Shown here one piece after another: positions 34,826 through 49,124 of a DNA stretch of 64,000 nt. Under the pieces are notes generated by a model. It worked only from the letters and a program-made list of their open reading frames with translations, was not told the DNA's origin and searched no databases. Location of the stretch: positions 2,806,907 to 2,870,906 of the forward strand of contig CAVNZM010000001.1 of assembly GCA_963693365.1 (NCBI GenBank), read 5' to 3'. Source of the DNA: Amoebidium appalachense. Lineage: Eukaryota > Protista > Ichthyosporea. The translations under genes and the position numbers were made by a program. The number at the start of each line of letters is the position of its first letter. Positions within the stretch are counted from its first letter, which is position 1.

Positions 34826-37361
34826 AGCCCGCAGATTCGTAGGCCTCTCAGTCGCTGGCACTGCTCCTGAGCAGAATGTGTCCTTAGTCTAGCAAGTTGG
34901 CAGGGCCTCCTGAGGCCCGTAAACGGTTGTTTTCTCTAGTTAAGTATTTTGTTTTTCCCGCCCACCCTCCCTTGAGTGACTGTGGTGATGGCCTGCCATC
35001 TAAAATGTGTCTCCTTGGAGAGCACATGTGTTTGTGTGTGCAGCCTAGGCATCTACACACGACACTGCAAGTAATCTATCCCCTTGCTGGGGCGAGTAAA
35101 GAGTGACGGCACAAGAAAAAGTTTTTCATTGCTCCTAAGTATGCCGTGCATACTTGCATATCTTTCCATTGAATAGATCCCGTCTGCAAAAGAAAAAAAA
35201 GTTCATCCGACTGTGGCGTAGAGACACGAGTCAAGGTGTAATGATCGCAGGCGCCTGCATTTAATATGGCGCCAATTAAACAGCGCACCTCTTCTTGGGG
35301 GAAGTGGTCCAACTTTTTTATAATATCCAAATGCGGGAACACCATTCATAATCATGAGATACTTTTTGTATATCATTCGTACGGTAGTGCTCTTTGCGAA
35401 ACATATTGGCTCAGTATGGCAAACTAATGAGCATAAATATTAACACGTTTCATTGAATAATGATAAATGTAAAGAAGACGGATCCGGAATAACCATTGAT
35501 ATTAATATTGACTTTGAACCTTCGTTTGCTTTTTTTTTTTTTGCACTTTAAAAATGTGTTTACCTTACCGGTGTAGGGGGAGCAACCTAACACGTACTGA
35601 CGTGTTGCCGCACGTGCGACGTTTAACATCTGTTTACTCGCGGCTGCATATCTATCAATAAATGCAACCTGTTAGCTAATGTATTAGAACCGGAGGTTAT
35701 TGGCGGTTTTATTCTCTTTTCTTCATCTCTTCCTCAATATATCCGTTTTAAGATGACTATCCTAGATCACCTTATTAATGCTGCACAGTATGATATTGTG
35801 ATCCGGTGCCTTAACTTTCTGTCGGAGCTACCGATGCTAGCATCTGCTTACCCATAATGTGTAGGCTAATAGGGGTGTCAGATACTAAGCATGTACATAT
35901 GTCACTGGCTGCATTTGATTGGCTGTGCTGGAAAACGCAGTAGGCCGTCGAATGTGGCTGGGCCTCCGGCAATGTCCACGCAATAAAAAGTGTGTAAACC
36001 CTTTAACATCTACTCAGGCGGCAAAAAAAGAAAAAGAAAAAAAAGAAAGGAGACACCGCCTCAGTAGGTGGTAGGGGAGCAACGTCTGTGTCAGACTCTG
36101 TGACTTCTTCCTTATTTTAAATTTTCTTCTTTCAAGAAAAAAGATAAATTGCTTTTCTCGATAATGATTTGTCAAGGATATTTCTTTTTCGAACTTTTTC
36201 TATCCTATAGGCTATCACGCCAGCCTGTCAGGGTACAGTTCAACTTCATGGTGCCCGATTCAAAATGACCTGACCAGCAATTGGCATATCATAAAATATC
36301 CATCTTACTTTATAGACTCCAGAATTTCGATACAAATTTAATGTCCTGCCGGGCAGAAACCTGTCAACGTCTATTAGCCACATAGTACGTAAGGAAGGCA
36401 TATCACAAGTTAGTTGTTTTTGCAGCACGGTAATATTAATGTTGCTGAATAGTCATCTTTTGTTCCGTTCATTAACCCCAGGAACCCACACCGACTGTAC
36501 AGAGATTAAGTAGTTGAACCTGGAAAAATAAATACATGCTAGATATTTGATGCTGAAATATTTGAAAATTACGTTCTGGGTTTCATGCGGGACCGGCAGC
36601 AGGCTGGTTCAAGTGTAACAAGCGAACAGTGAGGCTGAGATCCATGCAGCTAAAGTTTCCGAAGGCTTAGCTGCGCACAGAACGCGATCACATACGCGTA
36701 CGTTGGTAAATATGTTTAGTCTTACGTCTGAGTGGATCTTTGAGTAATGTTATGCTATGCCATATGCATAACAATCTTGCACTTCTTATTACCTGGTTCC
36801 TAAAGCTTCAAGACCTGGTATCTAAGCCTCACTGAACCACTGGGCGGGTTTTAGGTTCCATTTCCTTCTTGGTCGTTGTGCTTCGCCATTGAACGACAAC
36901 TTCACACTTTTACACTTGCACCAACCTGTACAACACGTACCTTGGCAGTCGCGCTAAAATCCAGAACAACACACACCTCTGGCTACATTCCACGAGAAGC
37001 ACTTGCGATCTCTCACGACAGCAGGTGGTTCATCGTTTATATACACAGCCCCTACCCACGTTGGGAACCGTGCTTCTGGCAAGTTTTTACACATTCCCTT
37101 GTAGGCTAAGGTAGTACATTGGTAATTGAACTCGACCATAGTTGTTAAAGCGCATTTTTATTGCACATATTCGACATAGATGATTATATGAAACAGCCAA
37201 GTTCCCCGTTTTGCAACACACCTTTCAAGTGCAGCCGCTATTACATGCCAGATAGGTCTTTCACTGCATGTTATCCATGTTGACCGCGCCTGTGCGGTCA
37301 GAACTCACTTCGATCGCTGGGCCACCAAGCCTACCCAAACTGAGGCTCACATGTGGAAAAA

Positions 37362-38528
37362 ATGCTCCTGGATGACAACGTTGTGACCTCGGGACGAGTT
37401 AAAAAGAAGACCAAGTGTCTGCCTACTGCAAGAAGATCTAGCTCAGGAAGCCTGGAAGCAAACATGGAGTGGCGCCAGGACAAGTCTCTTGGAGAGGACT
37501 TAGGTGCTTGTCCTTTCTAGTTTTGCTGAGTGCTCGTTGGTGAGAGAGCTCAGGGTTTGATGTTTGGTTGAATCGCAGAACGGGTTTGCGTCCTAGTGGG
37601 TCTTGTAGCCATATCATTCATTGTTCTTTCAAGTTGTCTTTACCTGTTCCTTGCACACTGGAGCTTAGAGCGCGTAGGAAGATTCTGTTATTGTTCACGG
37701 TCTCGCCGTGAGGCTGATACCCCGCCGCCTGCTTTCATGGTGGTTTTCTGCAATACACTCTGGGTGTTGGGTATGCGAATTATTCGGCTGGTGGGTACCG
37801 GATGCTGACAAGATACTCAAAACAGATCAAGAGGATGAGGTGAACGACAAGGGTGGGGACGACTTGACCACCAGTATGTTTCATGACCCTCCCTTTTCTC
37901 CTTGTTTGTGAATAGCCGCTGGAAGGACAGGGGAGAGTGGGAGAAGAGAAACTGGGCGTCAGATTGGTGGGGCATGGAACATGTGGGAACTTGGAGAAAA
38001 GGGTCAGGGGAGAAGGAAGGGTTTGGAGCTGGAATGTGGAGAGGATGAGGAGGGAAAGGGAGGTTGGGGGGCTCTATGGCCAGGATACGTCACCTTAACA
38101 TGGAATTTATTGCAGACAATGTTCTTGGAGCAATGTAAAGCCTTTTGCACGTTTGCCTCACCACGGCGTGATGTGCCCAAGGAGCACGACAGGCATTGGT
38201 GATGTACTCTCTCATTCCATGCGCAAGGCGCCAGTAACTTTCCTCTCTCTGTGCCAGGCACTAGTAACTTACGTGTTATGTTTTTTGGATGCTTGGTGCT
38301 AACAGGGGAATCCGGAAACAGTGAAATATGACAACCGCAGCCGGGCAGCCGTGCGACTGGAGAAGCGCAGAAACCTTATTAAGGAGAAGATTGATTACGT
38401 TCGTGAGGTGTGTGGACCATTTAACCATTTGACTCCATGGCTATGCAAGAAGGGCATATTTTGACTAGCCACTCTTCTGCTCATAGGCTGCTTTGCATAT
38501 GGCTCTGGGGTACTGCTTTGTGTGAAAG

Positions 38529-38570
<42 letters not shown>

Positions 38571-40054
38571 CCTCCCTCCCTCCCTCCCCTCCCTCCCCCC
38601 TCCCCCCTCCCTTCCCCCCCGCTCTCTCCACCCCCTCCCTGCCCCTCACACCCACCCCTTAAAAAAAAAACCTCCGCACACCCCAATTCGCTAACAAGTC
38701 TCACCCACTCTCTCGCGCGACTGGGCACAGACGAACATCAGACACCACACGCACACAGGCACACACATGCTTGCGCGCACACCAGCGTAGTCACACACAC
38801 ATCTATCCCCCCCCCCCCTTCCCCCCAGGTCGAAACTCGGGTACTGTGGATGACGTGGGGCCCCCCTGAGGATGGGCTCTGCTTATTATGCATACTCTTT
38901 ATGTATGGCTTGCATTCTGCATCGTGTTATCCGTTTGTTCTTGTGTACTTCTTACTTTTTGACGCATTCAAACCCCCCCTTTCCCCCCCCCCCCTCCCCT
39001 CCTCTCCTCCGCTTCTCCCCACTTGTGTACCACCGCTGCCACTCTCCCCCCCCCCCCCCCCCCCCCCCCCCACACACACACCCTCCCCCAGCTCCTCTCA
39101 ACACATCAACACCATCAAATCACACTGCTGTCGGGGCTCTGCTTATGACGCATACTGTGCGCATGGCTGATGTTGCATACTTGAATGTTTGCCTTTGCAT
39201 GTGTCCTTCGTGTATGCATACTTCGTACCGTGTTCCGCATTCAACCCCCCCCCCCCCCCCCCCCCCCGCCGCTTTTTCTTTTCAGGCAATCCTCGTGTGT
39301 GTACGTTGCGTCTTTTCCGATATAGCTTTGACTTTAATGTACCACCTTCCCCCCTCCCCCCGCCCCCTCTCCCCCCCTCCTCCCTCCCCCCTTCCCCCCG
39401 GCCCTATTATCAACGTGTACACGTGCACGCTGCTCCGATCTGACAATGTTTTTTCCTGGCAGTGCTTGGCACCAGATGATACCCCACAGACCCTCTCACA
39501 GGCCAGCACGCTGCAGCTGGCAGCAAAGTTCATAGTCGATAACGAGCATGTGCTGGAAGGTGGGTCCATGCTTCATTACGTTAAAACCCCATCAAATACT
39601 AGCATTAGGAAAGTCTGTAGTTGTTATTTCCTTGCATAAGAAGGGTCATAATGTGGAGACCTTTTTCTAGGGGAGAGGGGGCGGGGGGGGGGGGGGGGGG
39701 GAGGGGGGGGGAGGGAAACGAAAGGGATGGGAGGGGTGAGGGGGCAGGGGAGAAGAATGAGGGGCCCAGGGGACGGGGGGCGGGGGGAGGGGGGAGTGGA
39801 GAGGACTTCTATTTCTATATGTCATCCTACCATATGACCGTTCTCTTTACCTCTCGCTCTTTCTTCACCCCCTCCCCCCCCCCCCCCCCCCCCCCCTCCC
39901 CCCTCCCTCCCCACCTCCCCCTCCCCCCAGGGTGCTTCGCCTTTGCCATAAACGCATAAGCCCACCCTATCATTCTCACACCTTCTTAAGGACGCTTTGT
40001 TCCTATCGTCCTGTTCACACGGAGTCGTTCATGAACAGCATGATAACACACATA

Positions 40055-40092
<38 letters not shown>

Positions 40093-40247
40093 GGCACACA
40101 CACACGTCCCCGTATGTACAATTCATACACACAAACACACACACGTACACATACACACATGTTCCCACCACATGCTCCTACACACATGTGCGCATGCACA
40201 TACACAGACACACACAAACACAAACACTCAATCACGTGTGCACACAC

Positions 40248-40281
<34 letters not shown>

Positions 40282-40816
40282 ACCCCCCCAATACATACAC
40301 ACACACACAAGCGCACGCGCACACACTCACACAGGGGCAGGTTATGTCAAGCTACCCTCTGCCTTCCCCCCCCCCCCCCCCCCCCCCCCCCGCCCTACTC
40401 ATTTCGGGGTTTCTTTGTTGTGACGGTTTAGATTTTGTCTTTTGGTGCCTCCTCCATATTTCCAACCCTCTAATGCATACCTCCCCCCCCCCCCCCCCCC
40501 CTCCCCCCCCCAAACACACACACACAACTCCCCCCTCAGAAACACAACACACGAAGTAACACACACACATCCGCAATGGAAAAAACATCACGTTGCCAAA
40601 CACTGACACATCCCCCCACCCCCCCCACCCCCCCACCCCCCTCCAACCCCCCCAGAGTTCAAGCAGTCGATAGCTGATGAGATGCCTGAAAGGGCCATGG
40701 GAGACCTACTGATGATGTTAGATAAGGAGGGCAAGATTGTGCTGACCCTGCAGAATGCAATGGATTATCTGGAGGTGGGTGTGGGTGTGTGTGTGTCTCT
40801 CTGTGTGTGTGTGGAT

Positions 40817-40847
<31 letters not shown>

Positions 40848-41229
40848 GGGGGGGTTGGTGGGTGAGTGGGTGTGTGTGTGGGTGGGTGGGTGGATGGGGG
40901 GGGGGGGATGCCTGTGTGTGTGCGTGCCTGCGAGCCTCGAGTGTCTGCCCCAGTATCCGTTTTGGTGTGTCCCCCACAACCCCTTTTCTGTTCGTGTCTG
41001 TTGCCTGCACATGTTTGAATGATGTCGTGTTTGAGTTTTAGTTTTCTCCGTATGTCTTATCCTCTGTGTTTTCCACTCTTTGATGCATATACCCCCCCCC
41101 CCTTTTTGCCCACCCCTGCCCTCACCTGAGGATGGGCTCTATTGATGCTGCATATCTTGTCTGTGCGTTATGTTATCCGGTCTGAGTTCGTACTTCTTAT
41201 TGTGTATCACATCCCCCCCCAATCTCCTC

Positions 41230-41265
<36 letters not shown>

Positions 41266-42693
41266 CCTCCCTGACCGTGTCCCGCCCCTTTGCCCCCTTT
41301 CTTCGCCCCTCCCCCAACAACAACCTACCCAACGACCCTTCAGCCCCCCTGACTCTCTAGTTCAAGCTCCTCACGCCCCCCCCCCCCCCCCCCTCCCCCC
41401 CCCCCCCCCCCTTCTCCCCCCCTTCGTTCCCTCCCTCCCTCCCTCACGCCCTTCCCCCCCCCCCCCCCCCCCCCCCGGGCCCCCTTCCCGCTCCCGTCCG
41501 TATTTACGGATATTGTGAAAAGGGTGCACATACAGTCACACATGCACCATAGCCAACCACGTGTGTGACTGTTTGGGACTGCACGTCGACGTCAAAGGGC
41601 AAATAATGGTAATGGCCTGACTTCCGCACAGTTTCGTTTTTAGTGTTTTGTTGTATTTCACTTTTTTGTTTTTTTGGTGTGTGGGTGTGGGTGGGGGTGG
41701 GTGGGTGGGTGGGTGGGTGGGTGGGTGTTCCCCCCCCCCCCCCCCCCCCTACCTTTTGGGCGGAGGGGGGGGGGGGGGGAGGCTAGATCTAACTGAATCT
41801 TGGCAGGAGGATTCGGATGCACTTAAAGACAGACCGTTTCTGGACCTGGTACACACCCCGGACAGAGAAAGGGTGTCTCCTGCTTTGGCTGAGGTATAAC
41901 ACAATATGCACACATAGTCCTCTTTGTGCACCATACACACACCGCACGCGCGCACATGCGCGCACACACACATGCATGTACACACAAACCCATGCACGGA
42001 TGCACGCACACAACACACACACACACATAGCGCAGACACACACGCACACACAAGCGGGCACGCAGGTGAGCACGCACACACACACTTATGCGCAAACACA
42101 CAAACCGATAGTGAGTGGAAAAGAGAGCGAAAGAGAAAGGGGGGCGGGGGGGGGGGGGGGGGGGGGAGAGGGAGGGAGGGAGGGAGGGAGAGAGAGAGAA
42201 TGAGAGAGAGAGGGAGGGAGGGAGGGAGGGAGATGTGTGTACACGTTTGCGTGCATGCACCCGTTTATGTTTGCTTGCCCACCTTGGCTCTGCTACGCTC
42301 CCCCCCCCCCCCCCCCCCCCCCCCATCTCTTGCCATCCTACCTTTCTGTGTATTACCTCCGTCTCACCAACCCATGCAACCATCTCCCACCTCTACCATC
42401 GTGGCACTTCTCCCTCACACATGTCTTTTTCTCAACCACACATGGTTGCAAATGTATTCCCAATTTGTGGATTATGTGCACGTGTGCACGGTCATAGTGC
42501 TGTCTGATGTTATGTTTTACGTGCAGCTGGGAGGTCAGATCAAGCGATTTCCTTGCAAGCTGGTGGCAAAGGTGGGTCCCTCTCAAGGCTAGCAAGAACA
42601 TAAGCCCACCTGCTATGTCTTGCTTCTATGCTTGGCACCTTGAATGCACACCTACCTCCTCGCTTCCCCCTCTCGCCCCCTCCCCCTTCCTCT

Positions 42694-42760
<67 letters not shown>

Positions 42761-44343
42761 ACACACACACACTAGCCAATTCGCCTCTCTCCCGGTTTGG
42801 CTTTCCACCCCCCCATGCGATCATCCTTCTCATGCGAACTCGATGGTTGCGTTGGCAGGCACTTGTATGGTAATGGCACCATTTAAAGGTGATTTTGTTT
42901 GCAAGATGTGTCATTGACTGTCCTGGTGTAGGAATGTTCAAAATAGATATAAATTCTAAACCAACAGCAAGACGTGGATAAAACTATTAAACCATTAACA
43001 CGCTGTGGACAAAATAGTAAACCAATAGCACGACTTAAGGATCCAGCCACCCACCATCATTTTAGTACTTACACCATCATGTGTTGCTATTTTAGGGCGG
43101 GGACATCTACCAGTATGACGTGAGGATCCAGCTAGTCAGCTACAACGACACAGACCACATCATGCTGTCTGCAATGCGGGCATTCAAGTGCCAGAAGCTA
43201 GGTGTGAAGATGTGGACAGTATATTGAGTCCCCCCCCCCCTCCTTTTCTCCCCGAACACAGACGAGCAGAGGGAAGTAAGGGGTGTGTGTGAGGGGTTCG
43301 TGCGTGTGTGTGTATGTGTTTGTGTGTACATATAGACACTGTATTGAGTCCCTCCCCCCCTCACCCCCCCCCCCCCCCCCCCCCTTCCCCCCCCCCGCTG
43401 CCGCCGCTGCCGCCGTGTGTGGTTTGCACTCTGTATTGTGTTGTCCGTCACCAAGGTACACTTCATGAGTGTATACTTCGCACTCTATAACGGATTTGAT
43501 TCTAGCCCCCCCCCCCCCCCTCCCCCCCCCCCCCCCCCCATCATCCTCCCTCCTGGCGCTCCCACTGCCCCAATTAAGAGGACGGGGTATGATTTGCTTG
43601 TTGTATAATGTGTTTGGATTTGCATTCCATAGATGTGCGGCCATGTTGCCCGTGCGCCTGTGTGCATTTGTTTTCCGTACTTGTGCTACACCCTTCAACA
43701 ATTCTTTTTTGATACGGGCTTGTCCATGTGCCATGGTTGGTTGTTTTTTTGTTTTGGGCGCGGGAGGGGGGAAGTTTTGGTGGGGGGGGGGGGGGGGGGG
43801 GGGGGGGAGGGGTGGAGAGGGGGGCGGTGGAGGGATTTGTGTTTGTGCTTGTATCCCCCCATAGGCTGATACTCCCATAACTATATACCGTCCTTTTATG
43901 CAGCACATACCCTTTGCACCAAATAATAAATACGGATATTCGTTGTCCCCGTTACATCAATCCCTGTGCATGTTCACGATACTTACACAACATGTTTCAT
44001 ATGTTTTATATGACGTATTTTGCTTCAGTTGTTCCTTTCCCCTCACTTTCCACGACTAACCCCCTTATCCAGAGGAGGGCAAGGTGCTTGGGGATGGGCA
44101 CGAGAGCAGCTACACTGCATGGGTCATCTGTGAGCCCGACGGCACAATCACACACGCCGGCTCATCGGCAGGTGACAGCTGTATGTTGGAGCCCCCCCCC
44201 CCCCCCCCAAAAAAAAAAAAAAAAAAAAAAAAACCGAAACACACACGCATGCACGCACACACACAGGGAGCCTTTCTCTCTCTCTCTCTCTCTCTCCCCC
44301 CCCCCCCCCCCCCCCCCCCCCAAAACCCCAACCCCCCCTCCCA

Positions 44344-44400
<57 letters not shown>

Positions 44401-44742
44401 CTCTCTTTCTCTTTCACGCACGCATGCACACACACACATGCGCACGCGGGCACACACACACACACACACGTGAACGTGGACATTCGCATTCAAATAAAGC
44501 AGTATCTGAGTTGAGGTTTGCACACCCAGTTGTCAGGGTTTGAGTTCTTGCCAAGCTTATATTGTTGCTGCCCCCTGGTCACGTTTTTGTACCCTGCCTA
44601 CCCCATTCACTCCATCTAACCACCCCCCATTGTCACAGTGGTGTTTGGCTACCCCTCAGCCAGTCTTGTGGGCCAGTCCTACTACAAGGGCATCCATCCA
44701 GACGACATAGCTACCGTCGCTAAAATGCACCTGTATGATTAT

Positions 44743-44790
<48 letters not shown>

Positions 44791-47700
44791 ACAGCACCAC
44801 CACCACCATCACGACCACAGAAGGGCAGGGGGTAGTAAAGAGAGAGAAAAAAAGTTCGCAGCTAAAAGAACTGTCTGGCTGGGTTTGGATCCGGCCTGAA
44901 TATGAGCCTGTGCTTGTGCAGTGCCATTGGTGGTGTTCTATTCCCTTTTGGCTGTGCGTGGGCTCCATTACAAATAGATATGTCTATGGGCTCCACACCA
45001 CGTACGCTTGAGAAGTGCTATGTTGCCTGATTGTGAGGGAATGGGCAAAGGGAGGGGGCTTGGGGTATGTTGGTGCATGTTCCCTTTGTATTAAAATGCA
45101 TGTTGCACAATGCTAACGAACACATGTCGGTGTTTTGTCCCTTGTGTGTGCATTTATCATAACTCTTAACACTCGTGCAGCACACGTTCTGTTTGTTGCC
45201 TGTGACTCTAACCACCATTTCACATACACACAGGCTGATAGTACGTGCAGCCCAGTCCTCATACCTGTACTACCGCGCACAGACAAAGGGCGGTTTCTGG
45301 GCCTTGGTCGATGCTCTGGCCGTGCCCTGGTAACAACCCCACCCCTCCCCCTCGCTCTTACCATAAACCCAGCCACACTGCAATGCCATGTCCACGAAAA
45401 CCCATGCGCTCCCCCTCGCTCTTACCATAAACCCAGCCACACTGCAATGCCATGTCCACGAAAACCCATGCGCTCTCCCTCGCTCTTACCATAAACCCAG
45501 CCACACTGCAATGCCATGTCCACGAAAACCCATGCGCTCTCCCTCGCTCTTACCATAAACCCAGCCACACTGCAATGCCATGTCCACTAAAACCCATGCG
45601 CTCTCCCTCGCTCTTACCATAAACCCAGCCACACTGCAATGCCATGTCCACTAAAACCCATGCGCTCTCCCTCGCTCTTACCATAAACCCAGCCACACTG
45701 CAATGCCATGTCCACTAAAACCCATGCGCTCTCCCTCGCTCTTACCATAAACCCAGCCACACTGCAATGCCATGTCCACTAAAACCCATGCGCTCTCCCT
45801 CGCTCTTACCATAAACCCAGCCACACTGCAATGCCATGTCCACTAAAACCCATGCGCTCTCCCTCGCTCTTACCATAAACCCAGCCACACTGCAATGCCA
45901 TGTCCACTAAAACCCATGCGCTCCCCCTCGCTCTTACCATAAACCCAGCCACACTGCAATGCCATGTCCACTAAAACCCATGCGCTCCCCCTCGCTCTTA
46001 CCATAAACCCAGCCACACTGCAATGCCATGTCCACTAAAACCCATGCGCTCCCCCTCGCTCTTACCATAAACCCAGCCACACTGCAATGCCATGTCCACT
46101 AAAACCCATGCGCTCTCCCTCGCTCTTACCATAAACCCAGCCACACTGCAATGCCATGTCCACTAAAACCCATGCGCTCTCCCTCGCTCTTACCATAAAC
46201 CCAGCCACACTGCAATGCCATGTCCACTAAAACCCATGCGCTCTCCCTCGCTCTTACCATAAACCCAGCCACACTGCAATGCCATGTCCACTAAAACCCA
46301 TGCGCTCTCCCTCGCTCTTACCATAAACCCAGCCACACTGCAATGCCATGTCCACTAAAACCCATGCGCTCTCCCTCGCTCTTACCATAAACCCAGCCAC
46401 ACTGCAATGCCATGTCCACTAAAACCCATGCGCTCCCCCTCGCTCTTACCATAAACCCAGCCACACTGCAATGCCATGTCCACTAAAACCCATGCGCTCC
46501 CCCTCGCTCTTACCATAAACCCAGCCACACTGCAATGCCATGTCCACTAAAACCCATGCGCTCCCCCTCGCTCTTACCATAAACCCAGCCACACTGCAAT
46601 GCCATGTCCACTAAAACCCATGCGCTCTCCCTCGCTCTTACCATAAACCCAGCCACACTGCAATGCCATGTCCACTAAAACCCATGCGCTCTCCCTCGCT
46701 CTTACCATAAACCCAGCCACACTGCAATGCCATGTCCACTAAAACCCATGCGCTCTCCCTCGCTCTTACCATAAACCCAGCCACACTGCAATGCCATGTT
46801 CACTAAAACCCATGCGCTCTCCCTCGCTCTTACCATAAACCCAGCCACACTGCAATGCCATGTCCACTAAAACCCATGCGCTCTCCCTCGCTCTTACCAT
46901 AAACCCAGCCACACTGCAATGCCATGTCCACTAAAACCCATGCGCTCTCCCTCGCTCTTACCATAAACCCAGCCACACTGCAATGCCATGTCCACTAAAA
47001 CCCATGCGCTCCCCCTCGCTCTTACCATAAACCCAGCCACACTGCAATGCCATGTCCACTAAAACCCATGCGCTCTCCCTCGCTCTTACCATAAACCCAG
47101 CCACACTGCAATGCCATGTCCACTAAAACCCATGCGCTCCCCCTCGCTCTTACCATAAACCCAGCCACACTGCAATGCCATGTCCACTAAAACCCATGCG
47201 CTCCCCCTCGCTCTTACCATAAACCCAGCCACACTGCAATGCCATGTCCACTAAAACCCATGCGCTCTCCCTCGCTCTTACCATAAACCCAGCCACACTG
47301 CAATGCCATGTCCACTAAAACCCATGCGCTCTCCCTCGCTCTTACCATAAACCCAGCCACACTGCAATGCCATGTCCACTAAAACCCATGCGCTCCCCCT
47401 CGCTCTTACCATAAACCCAGCCACACTGCAATGCCATGTCCACTAAAACCCATGCGCTCTCCCTCGCTCTTACCATAAACCCAGCCACACTGCAATGCCA
47501 TGTCCACTAAAACCCATGCGCTCTCCCTCGCTCTTACCATAAACCCAGCCACACTGCAATGCCATGTCCACTAAAACCCATGCGCTCTCCCTCGCTCTTA
47601 CCATAAACCCAGCCACACTGCAATGCCATGTTCACTAAAACCCATGCGCTCTCCCTCGCTCTTACCATAAACCCAGCCACACTGCAATGCCATGTCCACT

Positions 47701-48409
47701 AAAACCCATGCGCTCTCCCTCGCTCTTACCATAAACCCAGCCACACTGCAATGCCATGTCCACTAAAACCCATGCGCTCTCCCTCGCTCTTACCATAAAC
47801 CCAGCCACACTGCAATGCCATGTCCACTAAAACCCATGCGCTCTCCCTCGCTCTTACCATAAACCCAGCCACACTGCAATGCAATGTCCACTAAAACCCA
47901 TGCGCTCCCCCTCGCTCTTACCATAAACCCAGCCACACTGCAATGCCATGTCCACTAAAACCCATGCGCTCCCCCTCGCTCTTACCATAAACCCAGCCAC
48001 ACTGCAATGCCATGTCCACTAAAACCCATGCGCTCCCCCTTGCTCTTACCATAAACCCAGCCACACTGCAATGCCATGTCCACTAAAACCCATGCGCTCC
48101 CCCTCGCTCTTACCATAAACCCAGCCACACTGCAATGCCATGTCCACTAAAACCCATGCGCTCTCCCTCGCTCTTACCATAAACCCAGCCACACTGCAAT
48201 GCCATGTCCACTAAAACCCATGCGCTCTCCCTCGCTCTTACCATAAACCCAGCCACACTGCAATGCCATGTCCACTAAAACCCATGCGCTCCCCCTCGCT
48301 CTTACCATAAACCCAGCCACACTGCAATGCCATGTCCACTAAAACCCATGCGCTCTCTCCCCAACCTCTTTGTACCACGAAACCGGAACCTGCCCGAGGA
48401 ATCCTCCTC

Positions 48410-48460
<51 letters not shown>

Positions 48461-49075
48461 CCCGCCCCCCCCCCGTCCTCCGCCCGTCTCTCCTTCTCTC
48501 TCCTCCATCATCTCTCACTTAGTCCTTGACAGATGACATCGCTTGGTGCACAATCCACACCACAGCTTACATGCTCTCAGTGGTCGACATTGATTTTGGC
48601 GAACTTAGATGCTTTGATGACAACTTAGTGATTGTTCAGAGACGCGTGAGGGATAGGGCTCTCGTGTGCTTGCCGCCCAGCCCCTTAGATTGTGGTTTGT
48701 TTGAACTAACCTCGGCACACACACAGCGTCAACCGGACCACGAGCCTTGTGGACTGCTATGTGGTGGAGATGAGGTGCACAGAAACAAACACCCACATCC
48801 CAAAACCTGGCGCCCTGCACAGAAATGGGTATGTGGCTGGTGTGTTTTTTTTCTTTTTTTCTTTTTTGCCTCCTCGCTTTGTTCTGGACACTCGTGGATG
48901 TTGGACGAATGGAAACAGATGCCTTTTGTGTGTGTGCGTGCGGAGGGGAGAGGGTGGTGGTGGTGGGGGGGGGGGGGGGGGGGGGGGGGGGGGAGGGGGG
49001 GGAAGGATAGGTAGCCAGACGCAGGCTTGACACATTTCATATTTTTCCTGATTGTGTCGTTTTTTTTTTGTTTTG

Positions 49076-49124
<49 letters not shown>

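Larger units (their letters stand above)
33090..36005 (+). repeat. Three copies of a short dispersed repeat (~33090-33154 partial, ~33507-33668, ~35870-36003), possibly a MITE
   Basis: Shared core GAATGTGGCTGGGCCTCCGGCA(G/A)TGTCCACGCAATAAAAAGTGTGTAAACCC. Copies 2 and 3 also share a TAGGGGTGTCA...CATGTACATATGTCACTGG left part. The ends TAGGGGT...ACCCCTA are TIR-like, but no clear TSD was found. Confidence 0.75.

Noticed and set aside
38850-38975. Repeated peptide MTW(G/A)[30 protein letters not shown] (also 56411-56638, minus) as a small protein family
   Set aside because: It reflects nucleotide identity of two repeat copies; the start is GTG-like or absent and diverged copies do not keep the frame.
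45349-48358. CRISPR array
   Set aside because: Units are contiguous and near-identical with no unique spacers, there are no cas genes, and the array lies in a eukaryotic intron.
48523-48645. Candidate extra exon [19 protein letters not shown]... in the bHLH-PAS gene
   Set aside because: Its phase conflicts with the donor at 45330. Joining 45329 to 48727 gives a better PAS-B register (W...N...VDCYVV). It remains possible as an alternative exon using a donor at 45322.
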